Origin: a virus
Lineage: Duplodnaviria > Caudoviricetes
IMG/VR virus record: IMGVR_UViG_3300029288_001928
Span: 32,001 to 96,000 of that record
Reading direction: 5' to 3' (one strand)
DNA: 64,000 nucleotides
The position numbers and the translations under genes were made by a program. The notes under the pieces are model-generated. The model was not told where the DNA came from. It did no database searches and saw only the letters and a list, made by a program, of their open reading frames with translations. This document shows, in pieces, positions 38,530-48,170 of this stretch (position 1 is the stretch's first letter; the number at the start of each line of letters is the position of its first letter).

Positions 38530-38709
38530 ATGTTTACAAAATATATTTTATACTTATTAAGGTGGCAATTATCGACGCCGATATTAGCGATAGTTTTAGT
38601 TTTGTTGAGTTCGATATCTCCTATAATATCCACAATAATAGCCAATTTAATTGGTGGATTGATATTTTTTTGGATAGACCGGAAGATATTTTCAGTTAAG
38701 AAGGTATAA
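38530..38709 (+). CDS. Small two-TM membrane protein
   Basis: YLLRWQLSTPIL...ANLIGGLIFFWIDR; late promoter and RBS. Confidence 0.6.
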   Translation: MFTKYILYLLRWQLSTPILAIVLVLLSSISPIISTIIANLIGGLIFFWIDRKIFSVKKV

Positions 38710-38717
38710 ATATTAGT

Positions 38718-39803
38718 ATGAATTTTAAAACATTTTACACTGAGTCAATAGAGAAGAAGATTAGTAATAAGGGTGATTTCCAAGTTAAGGGGAATCGCAT
38801 GTTATTTCAGAGAGTTGGTCCAGTTAGTTCTCAATATCAGAGCAATACGAAAGCACCGGAGAGAAGGGGTATATGGGCTTTTCCATGGCCGGTGTTTGAT
38901 TATTTTTTTGTATCTGGTAGTTTTTCTGATCCATCCAGGCGTATGCCTAAAAATACGTGGAATGTAAGAATTTCGTCTGAAATGGTAGAAAAACTAAAAG
39001 CAATTTTATTTGAAAAGGAAAAGCAATTAGGTATAATTCGGGGAAAGTTTATAAATTTTAAAGATCGTTATAAAGATTCAAGAGACAAGGAATTAAGTAA
39101 AGAGTATGATAATATTGAGTATGTTATAGAGACATTAAAGGATATTATAAAAGAACGGCATTCAAATGCGTATGATTTAGAGAGTTTTGGGATAGAAGTA
39201 GAAGAAAAAGAAGCACCTACTATTAAATTATCTAAAGAACAAATACGTGAATTAGAGCAGACCAAGAAAAAGCTTGATAGAAATTTAAAATCATTAAAAG
39301 ACAAGATGGTAGATACTGATAGGATTCGGGTTGAGTTATTTAACAAGATGAATATGTCAAAAAATACAGACAATGAAGAGAAGGACAAGAATACATATCA
39401 TAATTTTTTACGTTCATCTGGATATCACAAGATTTCAACTGATATACAGAATCTTGGGGATAAGATATCTGATATAGAAGATTTATTATCAGACAAGGAA
39501 TCTGCTAATAAGAGAAATGTTCACACATTTTTTCATGGAGAAAAATTTAATAAGACTTCTCAATTTTGGTATAGTGGGGTTATATATGCTCATTTTGCAC
39601 CAAAAGGAAGAGAAAATGAAATGATCAATAGTTGGTTTAAATATGATACCGTATCGGAATATTTAGAACAATTAAAGAAAAATTTATTTGTACACGAAAA
39701 GTTGGATGGTAAATTTTATAAATATGCTGTAAAGAATATTGGGCATGGTGATTATGGATTAGCATCAGATCATTTAGAAGTATTTTTACCAAATATAAAA
39801 TAA
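38718..39803 (+). CDS. Hypothetical late protein
   Basis: N-terminal MNFKTFYTE motif; late promoter. Confidence 0.6.
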   Translation: MNFKTFYTESIEKKISNKGDFQVKGNRMLFQRVGPVSSQYQSNTKAPERRGIWAFPWPVFDYFFVSGSFSDPSRRMPKNTWNVRISSEMVEKLKAILFEKEKQLGIIRGKFINFKDRYKDSRDKELSKEYDNIEYVIETLKDIIKERHSNAYDLESFGIEVEEKEAPTIKLSKEQIRELEQTKKKLDRNLKSLKDKMVDTDRIRVELFNKMNMSKNTDNEEKDKNTYHNFLRSSGYHKISTDIQNLGDKISDIEDLLSDKESANKRNVHTFFHGEKFNKTSQFWYSGVIYAHFAPKGRENEMINSWFKYDTVSEYLEQLKKNLFVHEKLDGKFYKYAVKNIGHGDYGLASDHLEVFLPNIK

Positions 39804-39976
39804 TTAAATATGGTACAATACAAAGATGAAAGACATATTTTCTCTTGTATGGATATGTTATATAGAAAATAATTTTGCTGGTATACAATTATATAGTGCA
39901 TTATATTCATCATTTAAATTTGATGAAATGAGTTTAAATTTACCAAAGAACATATTAGAAAAGTGTTATAGTTTAA

Positions 39977-40050
39977 CGGCATGTAGCCCAACAGGTAGAG
40001 GCAACTAGTTCAAACCTAGTAATGTGTGGGTTCGATTCCCTCCATGTCGA
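39977..40050 (+). tRNA. tRNA-Leu(CAA), short variable loop
   Basis: actag-ttCAAac-ctagt. Confidence 0.8.
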
Positions 40051-40055
40051 TATAT

Positions 40056-40130
40056 GCGGCTGTAGCGCAACAGGTAGGAGGCGTTTGCCTTAAGAGCAAA
40101 ACAGTGTGGGTTCGAATCCCTCCAGCCGCA
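40056..40130 (+). tRNA. tRNA-Leu(TAA), short variable loop
   Basis: tttgc-ctTAAga-gcaaa. Confidence 0.8.
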
Positions 40131-40137
40131 TAATTAC

Positions 40138-40208
40138 GGGGCCGTGGTGTAATGGGAACATATCTGATTTGCATTCAGGCGATAAGGGTTCGACTCCCTT
40201 CTGCTCCA
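40138..40208 (+). tRNA. tRNA-Ala(TGC)
   Basis: tctga-ttTGCat-tcagg; G3:U70. Confidence 0.85.
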
Positions 40209-40302
40209 GAGTTAATGTTTTATTACATTAACGATGTTCAACGTCTGATGACGTTGATTTGGCTTCTGGTCCCGTGAGCCGGTGAATCACGGGGCATTTT
40301 AC

Positions 40303-40375
40303 GGGCGATTGACGCAATGGCTAGCGTGCTTTCCTTACAAGAAAGAAGTTACAGGTCCGAATCCTGTATCGCCTA
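40303..40375 (+). tRNA. tRNA-Val(TAC)
   Basis: ctttc-ctTACaa-gaaag. Confidence 0.85.
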
Positions 40376-40381
40376 TTTTAT

Positions 40382-40458
40382 GGTGGCTAAGGTGTTAATG
40401 GATTGCACGTTTGTATGTGAAACAAAAAGATCGGGTTCGATCCCCGATAGCCACCCCA
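40382..40458 (+). tRNA. tRNA-His(GTG) with G-1, encoded CCA
   Basis: tttgt-atGTGaa-acaaa. Confidence 0.85.
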
Positions 40459-40463
40459 CTCAA

Positions 40464-40536
40464 AGCCATGTAGCATAATCGGTAATGCAAATCCCTCTGA
40501 AGGATTCTATTAGAGGTCCGAGTCCTCTCATGGCTA
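40464..40536 (+). tRNA. tRNA-Gln(CTG)
   Basis: aatcc-ctCTGaa-ggatt. Confidence 0.8.
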
Positions 40537-40553
40537 TTTTAGAAAGGAACCAC

Positions 40554-41096
40554 TTGCTATTAGAAACGGATCATAATCCAGAGTTTGATTTATTGAATCA
40601 AATTTCTCAACCATTATTATATTCCACATATATGTCATGGAGTGATGAGTTTGTAAATGCATATCAATGGTTATTTTCTGTATTAGGTACGTCTAATATT
40701 ATTTGGTGTAATAGTCATTTATCTAAATCATGGGAAGTTCATAAGCAAGTATTTAAACGCTGGATATTAGATGTTCCAGAAGATTGTATATTAGCCAAAG
40801 TAGATACAAATATATGGCATTATATTTTAAATAATTGGCATTATTCAGAAGATTGTGATAAATGGTGGGATGACGCAGAAGAATTATATCCAACTGATGA
40901 TAATTCTCAATATATGCACTATCAAAATAAAATAAAAGAATTTGAAAAAACTATTTCAAGAGAAATTGGATGGTTAAAAGTATTTGATCCGCCAAATGAT
41001 CTTAAAAATGGTAGAATAGAATATATAATTCCTTCTCCAATTAAAAAAGAATGGTTAGTTGAAGTTGTGGATTTATGTGGGGTTAATCCTAATTAA
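40554..41096 (+). CDS. Hypothetical protein (DUF3841-like)
   Basis: Probable TTG start after AAAGGA; AYQWL, WHYILNNW motifs. Confidence 0.45.
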   Translation: MLLETDHNPEFDLLNQISQPLLYSTYMSWSDEFVNAYQWLFSVLGTSNIIWCNSHLSKSWEVHKQVFKRWILDVPEDCILAKVDTNIWHYILNNWHYSEDCDKWWDDAEELYPTDDNSQYMHYQNKIKEFEKTISREIGWLKVFDPPNDLKNGRIEYIIPSPIKKEWLVEVVDLCGVNPN

Positions 41097-42765
41097 GCAG
41101 TAATTTTATTTTTCTTTTAAAGGATTCTGTTACTGCTTCAGACTCTACATTGTCTTTAATATCTAACGCCAATTTATATAATAAGTGCAAATTTTCATCT
41201 GTAGAATCTTCTGTTAGTATAGAAAGATAATAACATATTTTTTCCCATTCGTGTTTTATATCAAAATATGAATGTTTTTTATCTTCTTGATAATCATATC
41301 TTTTGAATAATTCAATTAAAATATTAATAGCTTGTTGATTTTTATCAGATTCTATGAAACGTTTCAAAAATATTAATATTGATCTAGAATTATAAAACAC
41401 TTCTTCTGGATCATCTTTATTATATTCTATTATTTTTTCATATATTCCTAGTGTCACCGAATCACTAGAAATTCCATAAGATAATGAACTTAGTGGTATA
41501 TAATGATTGTGTTTCATCAATGTATATATTATTTTTAAAAAAGAATCTTTATACTTTTTATTTGGTACGCGGAATAAATCGACAAGATCTATAATTTCTA
41601 TTTCTAATTCTGGGATTTTATCTAATAACACATCTATTGTTTTCCATAAATAATTTTGCAATGAATATTTTAATATTGTTGTAATATTTTGTTCTGACAA
41701 ATAATCTTTTTGTAAACTATCTGAAGTCCATATATACAATTCGTCAGGTGTTAGAGATTCTATTAAATCTCCTACATAATTTTTATTTTTTTCTACTTGT
41801 TCAGATTTTATTTCTATTCTTTGTCTTATTTTGTCGTAGTATCTATTTTTAAATTTAGACTTATCTATAATATCCGATGGAATATCGAACATACCAGTTT
41901 CGATATATTTTTTAATTATTTCATCGTTATTTTTATACTCATTCCATTCATAATCTAAAATTTGGTGTCCTGTTTCTATATACAATAGTTTATCATCTAA
42001 TGTTTTTAGTCTAGATATTGATGATGCATTTAATACATTTTTATAAAGGTTTTGTTCTTTTTCGTTGAAAGGTTTATATACAAATACGTCATCAAATATA
42101 TTTTCTAATACAGGAAACTTATTAATAATTTCTTCTTTTGTTATTGGATGATCTTGGTTTGGTGTAGCATAATTTATTTGGTATTGGTTATTAGGATAAG
42201 CATGAATCACAATGATATTTTCTGGTGCATCAGATTGTGCTTCTTTTGTTTTAAAATAAACAAAATAAAATGTTGCTCCCCTACTACGATATCCATGATA
42301 TAAGTTACTTTGGTCTATTCTAGATATACAGAATCCATATTTTCTTCCTTGTCCATAATTAATACATTTTTGTTTATTATCACCTAGAAATACTTTTATA
42401 TTATTATCTTCGTATATTGGTTTATCATCAATATCTTTATCGTCAACATTTACTTTTGTTGCAGTACTATCTACTATATTTTCAAATTCTTGAAAGTTCA
42501 TATTATCAATAGGTTTAGAAGATAATTTGCTATTTTTCATAAACTTATCATAATATGATTTAATAATATCTAATGAATTTCCTTCTAATGCGAATTCTAC
42601 TAATTTAGGTAAATGTTTATTGTTTTTACCATGTGGATTGGTTTTATATGGTTCTGTTATTGATAAAAATTTATTAAATATTTCATCTGAAAATTTATTA
42701 GACTTAACTAATAAGGATTTTGCTCTATCTTCATTCTGACCTTCAAATAAGAAATCTTTAAACAT
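41089..42765 (-). CDS. Hypothetical late protein
   Basis: Late promoter at 42781; MFKDFLFE N-terminus. Confidence 0.6.
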   Translation of the reverse strand: MFKDFLFEGQNEDRAKSLLVKSNKFSDEIFNKFLSITEPYKTNPHGKNNKHLPKLVEFALEGNSLDIIKSYYDKFMKNSKLSSKPIDNMNFQEFENIVDSTATKVNVDDKDIDDKPIYEDNNIKVFLGDNKQKCINYGQGRKYGFCISRIDQSNLYHGYRSRGATFYFVYFKTKEAQSDAPENIIVIHAYPNNQYQINYATPNQDHPITKEEIINKFPVLENIFDDVFVYKPFNEKEQNLYKNVLNASSISRLKTLDDKLLYIETGHQILDYEWNEYKNNDEIIKKYIETGMFDIPSDIIDKSKFKNRYYDKIRQRIEIKSEQVEKNKNYVGDLIESLTPDELYIWTSDSLQKDYLSEQNITTILKYSLQNYLWKTIDVLLDKIPELEIEIIDLVDLFRVPNKKYKDSFLKIIYTLMKHNHYIPLSSLSYGISSDSVTLGIYEKIIEYNKDDPEEVFYNSRSILIFLKRFIESDKNQQAINILIELFKRYDYQEDKKHSYFDIKHEWEKICYYLSILTEDSTDENLHLLYKLALDIKDNVESEAVTESFKRKIKLLLN

Positions 42766-42852
42766 ATTTAACTCTGTACGTATTTATATTTTATTTGAAA
42801 CGAATTTTCTTTTTGTTATAATAGTTGTATCGTTATTGGTTGAGGGAAATAG

Positions 42853-43329
42853 TTGAGATATCCAAAATTAGAGATAACAGAAGATTTAGTAAAACTTATT
42901 ATTCAGGAACGAATTAAGAAGTTTTTAAAAAGTTCTGTTGATATCAAATACAAAAATTTTATATCCAAAATAGATATACTTCCGTGTATTAACAATAGAC
43001 AGAAGACCTATTATGGGTTTGCATTTATTTTACCAGATAAGGTTCATTTTAGAAGAAAGTATAAATGTGTAAGTAAGAGAATAAAGACTTTTAAATTTGA
43101 GAATAAAAAATGTTTTGCAGTATTGGAGATTTGTTCTAAGACAATTAATAATGGTCCAATGTCTCCTATAAATGAATTAAGAGAAACAATATCACATGAA
43201 TTAGCGCATATATTAGAAATGAAAGTAAATGGAGAAGATACCAGATCATCAGAAAACAATTATCATGGTATAGTTTGGCAGAGATTTGCTAAACAATTTG
43301 GGTGTAAGTATTTGCATTATAATGGATAA
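42853..43329 (+). CDS. SprT-like zinc metalloprotease
   Basis: ETISHELAH...HGIVWQRFAKQFG. Confidence 0.75.
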   Translation: MRYPKLEITEDLVKLIIQERIKKFLKSSVDIKYKNFISKIDILPCINNRQKTYYGFAFILPDKVHFRRKYKCVSKRIKTFKFENKKCFAVLEICSKTINNGPMSPINELRETISHELAHILEMKVNGEDTRSSENNYHGIVWQRFAKQFGCKYLHYNG

Positions 43330-43330
43330 C

Positions 43331-43364
43331 AAAAAAAGACTGGTGAGAAAACTCACCAGTCTTT
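43331..43364. terminator. Terminator between convergent genes
   Basis: aaagactggtgag-aaaa-ctcaccagtcttt with an upstream A-run. Confidence 0.85.
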
Positions 43365-43388
43365 AGCGATTAAGCTAATTAATTAGAT

Positions 43389-43610
43389 TCAGGATGCTGA
43401 AACTAGTTTAGCCCAGAAATCGCGTTGTGGGATACGAATCTTAGCACCAGTTACAACTGATGTTGCTTCGATATAGTTACGTTCAACTGCTAAGGAATCT
43501 TCCTTTACAGTGATTGTAAATGTACCCCAATCTACACGTTGGCGCATATCAATTATAATATTACCAACTGTTGCGTCTGCGAATGCTAAGTCCGCTACGT
43601 TATAAGCCAT
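43389..43610 (-). CDS. Small, probably abundant late (virion) protein
   Basis: Own late promoter, AAGGAGG RBS and terminator. Confidence 0.6.
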   Translation of the reverse strand: MAYNVADLAFADATVGNIIIDMRQRVDWGTFTITVKEDSLAVERNYIEATSVVTGAKIRIPQRDFWAKLVSAS

Positions 43611-43741
43611 AATGACCTCCTTGGCGCAATGCCGATGAAAAGCTTGAACCGCCTTTCATAATTTATTTATATTAATATTTTATATTTTTTATTTGAAAGT
43701 TTAAAAACATAGTGATATAATATAGAAAAGGAGACAATAAA

Positions 43742-44038
43742 ATGCCTTATATTAAAGAAGAAGATCGTGAAAAGTTTTCTAGCTTAGAAAATACAGATGG
43801 TCCTTTAGTTAAAATAGGATCGCTATGTCAATCTGCAGGAGAATTGAATTATTGTTTTACAATTATTGCCCAAGCATATTTGAAGTCTAAAGGGTTAAAC
43901 TATCAGCACATTAATGATATAGTTGGTGCATTAGAAGGAGCGAAGATGGAATTCTATAGACGTATAGCGGCAAAGTATGAAGATGAAAAAATAGAACTTA
44001 ATGGTGACGTTTGTTTATTCAATGCTTATAGATTTTGA
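43742..44038 (+). CDS. Conserved phage hypothetical protein
   Basis: MPYIK...GELNY...GALEGAKMEFYRR...YEDEKI..NGDV. Confidence 0.65.
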   Translation: MPYIKEEDREKFSSLENTDGPLVKIGSLCQSAGELNYCFTIIAQAYLKSKGLNYQHINDIVGALEGAKMEFYRRIAAKYEDEKIELNGDVCLFNAYRF

Positions 44039-44044
44039 GGCATT

Positions 44045-44419
44045 ATGGACATTATAAAAGAGATTTGGTCTAGTTTAGACAAATATGCAGACAAATATAT
44101 TCCTATCGGATCTGAATCTGTTAGGTTAAATTCTCATACTCATAAGTTAGGATCTGAGGCAAAACCTCCGCAAGAAATAATAGAAAAATGTATTAGGACA
44201 TTTGTAAAGTTTTGTCAGCAAGACGAAACATTTTGGAAAGGACAAACTACAATTGTACAAATACTAGATACATTACTTGGTTTTGCACGAACGTTTCCTC
44301 GTCAACAAGAGGGAACTAAAGCAATTATAGTTGACTTCATTAATTACATTGGTACAATGAATGGAGTAAATTATTCTTTACAAACGAGTGACATATATGA
44401 CCGGATATCTAAAAAATAA
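44045..44419 (+). CDS. Hypothetical protein
   Basis: ORF. Confidence 0.5.
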   Translation: MDIIKEIWSSLDKYADKYIPIGSESVRLNSHTHKLGSEAKPPQEIIEKCIRTFVKFCQQDETFWKGQTTIVQILDTLLGFARTFPRQQEGTKAIIVDFINYIGTMNGVNYSLQTSDIYDRISKK

Positions 44420-44921
44420 AGTTGTTTATCTTTGTGGCCCATTAGGTGCCGTCGATGATGATGGTATAGGTTGGCGCAGAGAGATTACACCACATTTAGA
44501 ATCGTTAGGTATAATTGTAGATGATCCTACGAAGAGTACTGCTAGCGGTATTGGAGAGGTTGCAGATGATAAGAAGAGATTTAGGAAATTGATTTTAAAT
44601 GAAGATTTTGCCACATTAAAAGAACAATTTTGGCCAATAGTTAGAAAAGATTTACGAAGTGTTGATAAGAGTGATTTTTTGATTGTAAATTATGATGCGA
44701 AAGTTCCGACTGTTGGTACATATGATGAATGTACTAGAGCAAGTATTCAAAAGAAACCTATTTTATTAAAATATGATAAAACCCAACTAGACATGTTTAA
44801 TCCATGGGTAGTTACATGGGTTAAGAAAAATGAATTTTTTTCTAGTTGGGAAGATCTGATAGACTATTTGAAGAATAAGATAGATAATGGCATATTCAGT
44901 TCATCGACCTGGACACTTTGA
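44397..44921 (+). CDS. Nucleoside 2-deoxyribosyltransferase-like protein (paralogue of 34993-35511)
   Basis: VYLCGP...DDGIGWR...DLRSVDKSDFLI...GTYDE. Confidence 0.75.
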   Translation: MTGYLKNKVVYLCGPLGAVDDDGIGWRREITPHLESLGIIVDDPTKSTASGIGEVADDKKRFRKLILNEDFATLKEQFWPIVRKDLRSVDKSDFLIVNYDAKVPTVGTYDECTRASIQKKPILLKYDKTQLDMFNPWVVTWVKKNEFFSSWEDLIDYLKNKIDNGIFSSSTWTL

Positions 44922-44932
44922 AAGGAATAGCA

Positions 44933-45379
44933 ATGGAAACAACAACTAATAAAGTTTATTGTACATCAACAGAAATACATGAAATGTTAGATGTGTTATA
45001 TCGTAAAATTAGGGATAAAGGAACACAATTTACAAAAGTTGTTGGCATTGCAAATGGTGGATTGAATATAAGTATTCCATTGGCTAAGATGTTAAATTTG
45101 CCACATGAGCAATTAAGAATTAGTTATTATGAAGGTGATTTTATATTTGAGATGCAGGATTATAATCACAATAAAGATGATACTATTTTATTAGTTGATG
45201 ATTTAATAGATTCTGGTAAAACAGTAAATTATTTTAATAATAAGTTTAATATGTGTCAAGGAAAGAATTTATTTGTAGCATGTTTATTTTATAATGCATA
45301 TAATGACAATTTTCAATATGCAAACTTTTATGCTTGTGAAAAACCAGATGCTTGGATTATATTTCCTTGGGAAATTTGA
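44933..45379 (+). CDS. Type I phosphoribosyltransferase
   Basis: VVGIANGG, ILLVDDLIDSGKT, WIIFPWE. Confidence 0.85.
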   Translation: METTTNKVYCTSTEIHEMLDVLYRKIRDKGTQFTKVVGIANGGLNISIPLAKMLNLPHEQLRISYYEGDFIFEMQDYNHNKDDTILLVDDLIDSGKTVNYFNNKFNMCQGKNLFVACLFYNAYNDNFQYANFYACEKPDAWIIFPWEI

Positions 45380-45414
45380 GTTGACAAATCATTTAGATCT
45401 GTTATAGTTCGTTC

Positions 45415-46341
45415 ATGTTAAACCTTGGTTATTGTTGTATAAATCAGACTTTACGGAATAAAAAGATTCCTGTATATGGGTCTAGGTCTTTAAATAGAAA
45501 AAATTTTACACTCATGAAGGCTAGTCAACTGGCATTACAGAATGTTAAAGACATTTTAACTATTTTACATTGGAATGAGTCTAATAACATTCGCGTTTTT
45601 CGTATTGGATCTGAACCATTACCTAGATCAAATGATCCATTGGTAGGATATTCTATTGACCAATTGCCGGATAGTGTAGAGATTATAAAAATATTAAAAT
45701 CTATTGGAAAATTTGCATACGATCATAAACATTTACTTTCTTTTCATCCTGGCCAATTCGTATGTATTGGTTCTTCTAACGAGTCGGTTAGACAAATGGG
45801 TATACTGGCATTAGAGAGAGAAAATGAAGTAGCAGACATAATATGTTCAGAGTATAAGTCTCATTTACCTATCAATATACATGTTGGCAGTTCATATGGT
45901 TTAGATTTTTTAAACACATCTAATAGATTTATTAATTCTTTCAATTCATTATCACCAACTTTAAAGTATCGCTTGACAGTTGAGAATGACGACAAAGTTA
46001 ATGGTTGGTCTGTGCATAACTTATTTTACTATCTAAGTTTACGTATTGATATTCCTATTGTATTTGATGTTCATCATTGGAAGTTTTGTAATGATTATAA
46101 GTCTATTGATGACAATAAGATGTATAATGACTTTTTATTAGCATATTCTACATGGCATACAAATATGCAAGTGCATTATAGTGAATCTTCAAATATCAAT
46201 AAGTTAATACCAAAACATTCAGAGTATTGTACATCATTAATGCCAAAGTGGTTAAATGAGTTTAACGATATTCATATTCATATTGAGGCTAAACAGAAAG
46301 AATTGGCTGTTTTACAATATAAAAAACTAATTGACTTTTGA
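45415..46341 (+). CDS. uvsE: UV-damage endonuclease
   Basis: LGYCCIN, SFHPGQF, NIHVG, RLTVENDD, FDVHH, HYSES, EAKQKE. Confidence 0.9.
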   Translation: MLNLGYCCINQTLRNKKIPVYGSRSLNRKNFTLMKASQLALQNVKDILTILHWNESNNIRVFRIGSEPLPRSNDPLVGYSIDQLPDSVEIIKILKSIGKFAYDHKHLLSFHPGQFVCIGSSNESVRQMGILALERENEVADIICSEYKSHLPINIHVGSSYGLDFLNTSNRFINSFNSLSPTLKYRLTVENDDKVNGWSVHNLFYYLSLRIDIPIVFDVHHWKFCNDYKSIDDNKMYNDFLLAYSTWHTNMQVHYSESSNINKLIPKHSEYCTSLMPKWLNEFNDIHIHIEAKQKELAVLQYKKLIDF

Positions 46342-46402
46342 TTTTTAGAAGATATAATATTAAAACATTTGCTGGCATAAGCCAGATGAAAGGGGGCCTA
46401 TC

Positions 46403-48115
46403 ATGGCTAACAAGTCTATTTTCAAGTCGAACAAGACTCGTAATTCAGTAGTTGTAGAGGCAGCGGATTGTGTAAACAATGCTGGTGGTGTTGCTTACAA
46501 GCAAACTGACAAGCATGCTCTTGCACAATACTGTCTAACAGGTACTATTTCAAATACTTTCTATTCAAATGCTGAAGCACAATTGGATGAAATTTTAAAA
46601 TTATCCAAGAAAGTACCAACAGAGTTTATTGCTAAATTAGCAGTTTATGCCCGTGAACATGGGTATATGAAGGATACTCCTGCTGTCCTTTGTGCAATTC
46701 TTGCAGTACGTGATGTAGAATTGTTAAAGAAAGTGTTTCCTCTTGTAATGGATAACGGTAAGATGGTACGCAACTTTGTTCAGATAATCCGTTCTGGCAA
46801 GGTTGGTCGTAAGTCTTTTGGTTCTTCATTGAAGAAAATGATTCAGAAGTGGATCACATCTCGTCATGAAAATCAATTATTCCGTGATAGTGTTGGCAAT
46901 GATCCATCATTGTGTGACGTTATAAAGATGGTACGTCCTCGTCCAGCAGACAAGGTTCGTGAAAATCTTTACGCTTATATTACTGGACACCTATCATTTA
47001 GTATGAAGAACGATAAGTTAACCATTGCAAAGACTATTCCTTGTAAGGGTGAAGTAAAGACCGTAAAGGTTTCATCTAAGGATATTCCAAAGATAATTTG
47101 TGAATATGAGACATATAAGCTAACAAAGAATGGGGAAGTACCAGATGTTCCATTCCAAATGCTAACTGCATTGGATCTTGGAAAGAAAGAATGGACTTCT
47201 ATTGCAGATAACGCAAAATGGACTATGACCCGAATGAATCTAAACACATTCAATCGTCATGGTGTATTTGAAGATCGAAAGATGATTGCGAAGATAGCGT
47301 CTCGCCTATCTTCTAAGGAAGAAATTCAAAAGGCAAAAATCTTTCCATATCAGTTATTTGCGGCATATATGAATACCGAAGATGTTCCACATGAAATAAA
47401 GGAAGCATTACAGGATGCAATGGAAATTGCTATTGATAATATTCCTTCTATTGACTGTCAGGTTTATATTGCTTGTGATACCAGTGGTAGCATGAGTAGT
47501 AACATTACTGGAAATCGCGGAAGTGCATCATCTAAGATTCGTTGTATTGATGTTGCTGCACTAATCAGTTCAGCAATATTGAGAAAGAATCCAAGTGCAA
47601 AGATATTACCATTCGATACAACCGTTCATAAGTGTAACTTTAATCCAAGAGATAGTGTAATGACAAATGCACGTACTCTTGCTAAGTTTGGTGGTGGAGG
47701 AACATCATGTGCAGCACCTATTGCTACTCTAAATGCATCAAATGCTAAGGGTGATCTAGTTATAATGATTTCTGACAACGAATCATGGGCATCTTTCAAC
47801 AAACAGAATTATTATGGTGATTCGGGAACAGAAATGTCTAGTGCATGGAAGCAATTTAAACTTCGCAATCCAAATGCTAAGTTGATTTGTTTAGATCTTG
47901 TTCCAAATAACCATTCACAAGCGAAGAATTCAGAAGATGTCTTGAATATTGGTGGATTCTCTGATATTATATTTGATATATTTGCTTCCTTCATTAAGGG
48001 AGACCTATTTAATGAAGCATTTACAGCAGTCATCGAATCTGTATCTTTAGACTCCAAAAATGTTAGAAAGGCATTATCATCTGAAAAGATTGAAGTGGAA
48101 AAAGCAAAGAAGTGA
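46403..48115 (+). CDS. rsr: Ro60/Rsr (TROVE plus vWA) RNA-binding protein
   Basis: NNAGGVAY, LAQY..TG...TFY, MKDTPA, MVRNFVQIIRSG, RMNLNTF.RHGV; MIDAS DTSGSM, GGGT, SDNESW. Confidence 0.92.
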   Translation: MANKSIFKSNKTRNSVVVEAADCVNNAGGVAYKQTDKHALAQYCLTGTISNTFYSNAEAQLDEILKLSKKVPTEFIAKLAVYAREHGYMKDTPAVLCAILAVRDVELLKKVFPLVMDNGKMVRNFVQIIRSGKVGRKSFGSSLKKMIQKWITSRHENQLFRDSVGNDPSLCDVIKMVRPRPADKVRENLYAYITGHLSFSMKNDKLTIAKTIPCKGEVKTVKVSSKDIPKIICEYETYKLTKNGEVPDVPFQMLTALDLGKKEWTSIADNAKWTMTRMNLNTFNRHGVFEDRKMIAKIASRLSSKEEIQKAKIFPYQLFAAYMNTEDVPHEIKEALQDAMEIAIDNIPSIDCQVYIACDTSGSMSSNITGNRGSASSKIRCIDVAALISSAILRKNPSAKILPFDTTVHKCNFNPRDSVMTNARTLAKFGGGGTSCAAPIATLNASNAKGDLVIMISDNESWASFNKQNYYGDSGTEMSSAWKQFKLRNPNAKLICLDLVPNNHSQAKNSEDVLNIGGFSDIIFDIFASFIKGDLFNEAFTAVIESVSLDSKNVRKALSSEKIEVEKAKK

Positions 48116-48170
48116 TGATAAATATACTCTCCATAATATAATGTTATGGAGAGTATTTTTAAGGGATAAA

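Noticed and set aside
40243-40252. CTGATGA hammerhead core
   Set aside because: No matching GAAA strand or three-way junction found.
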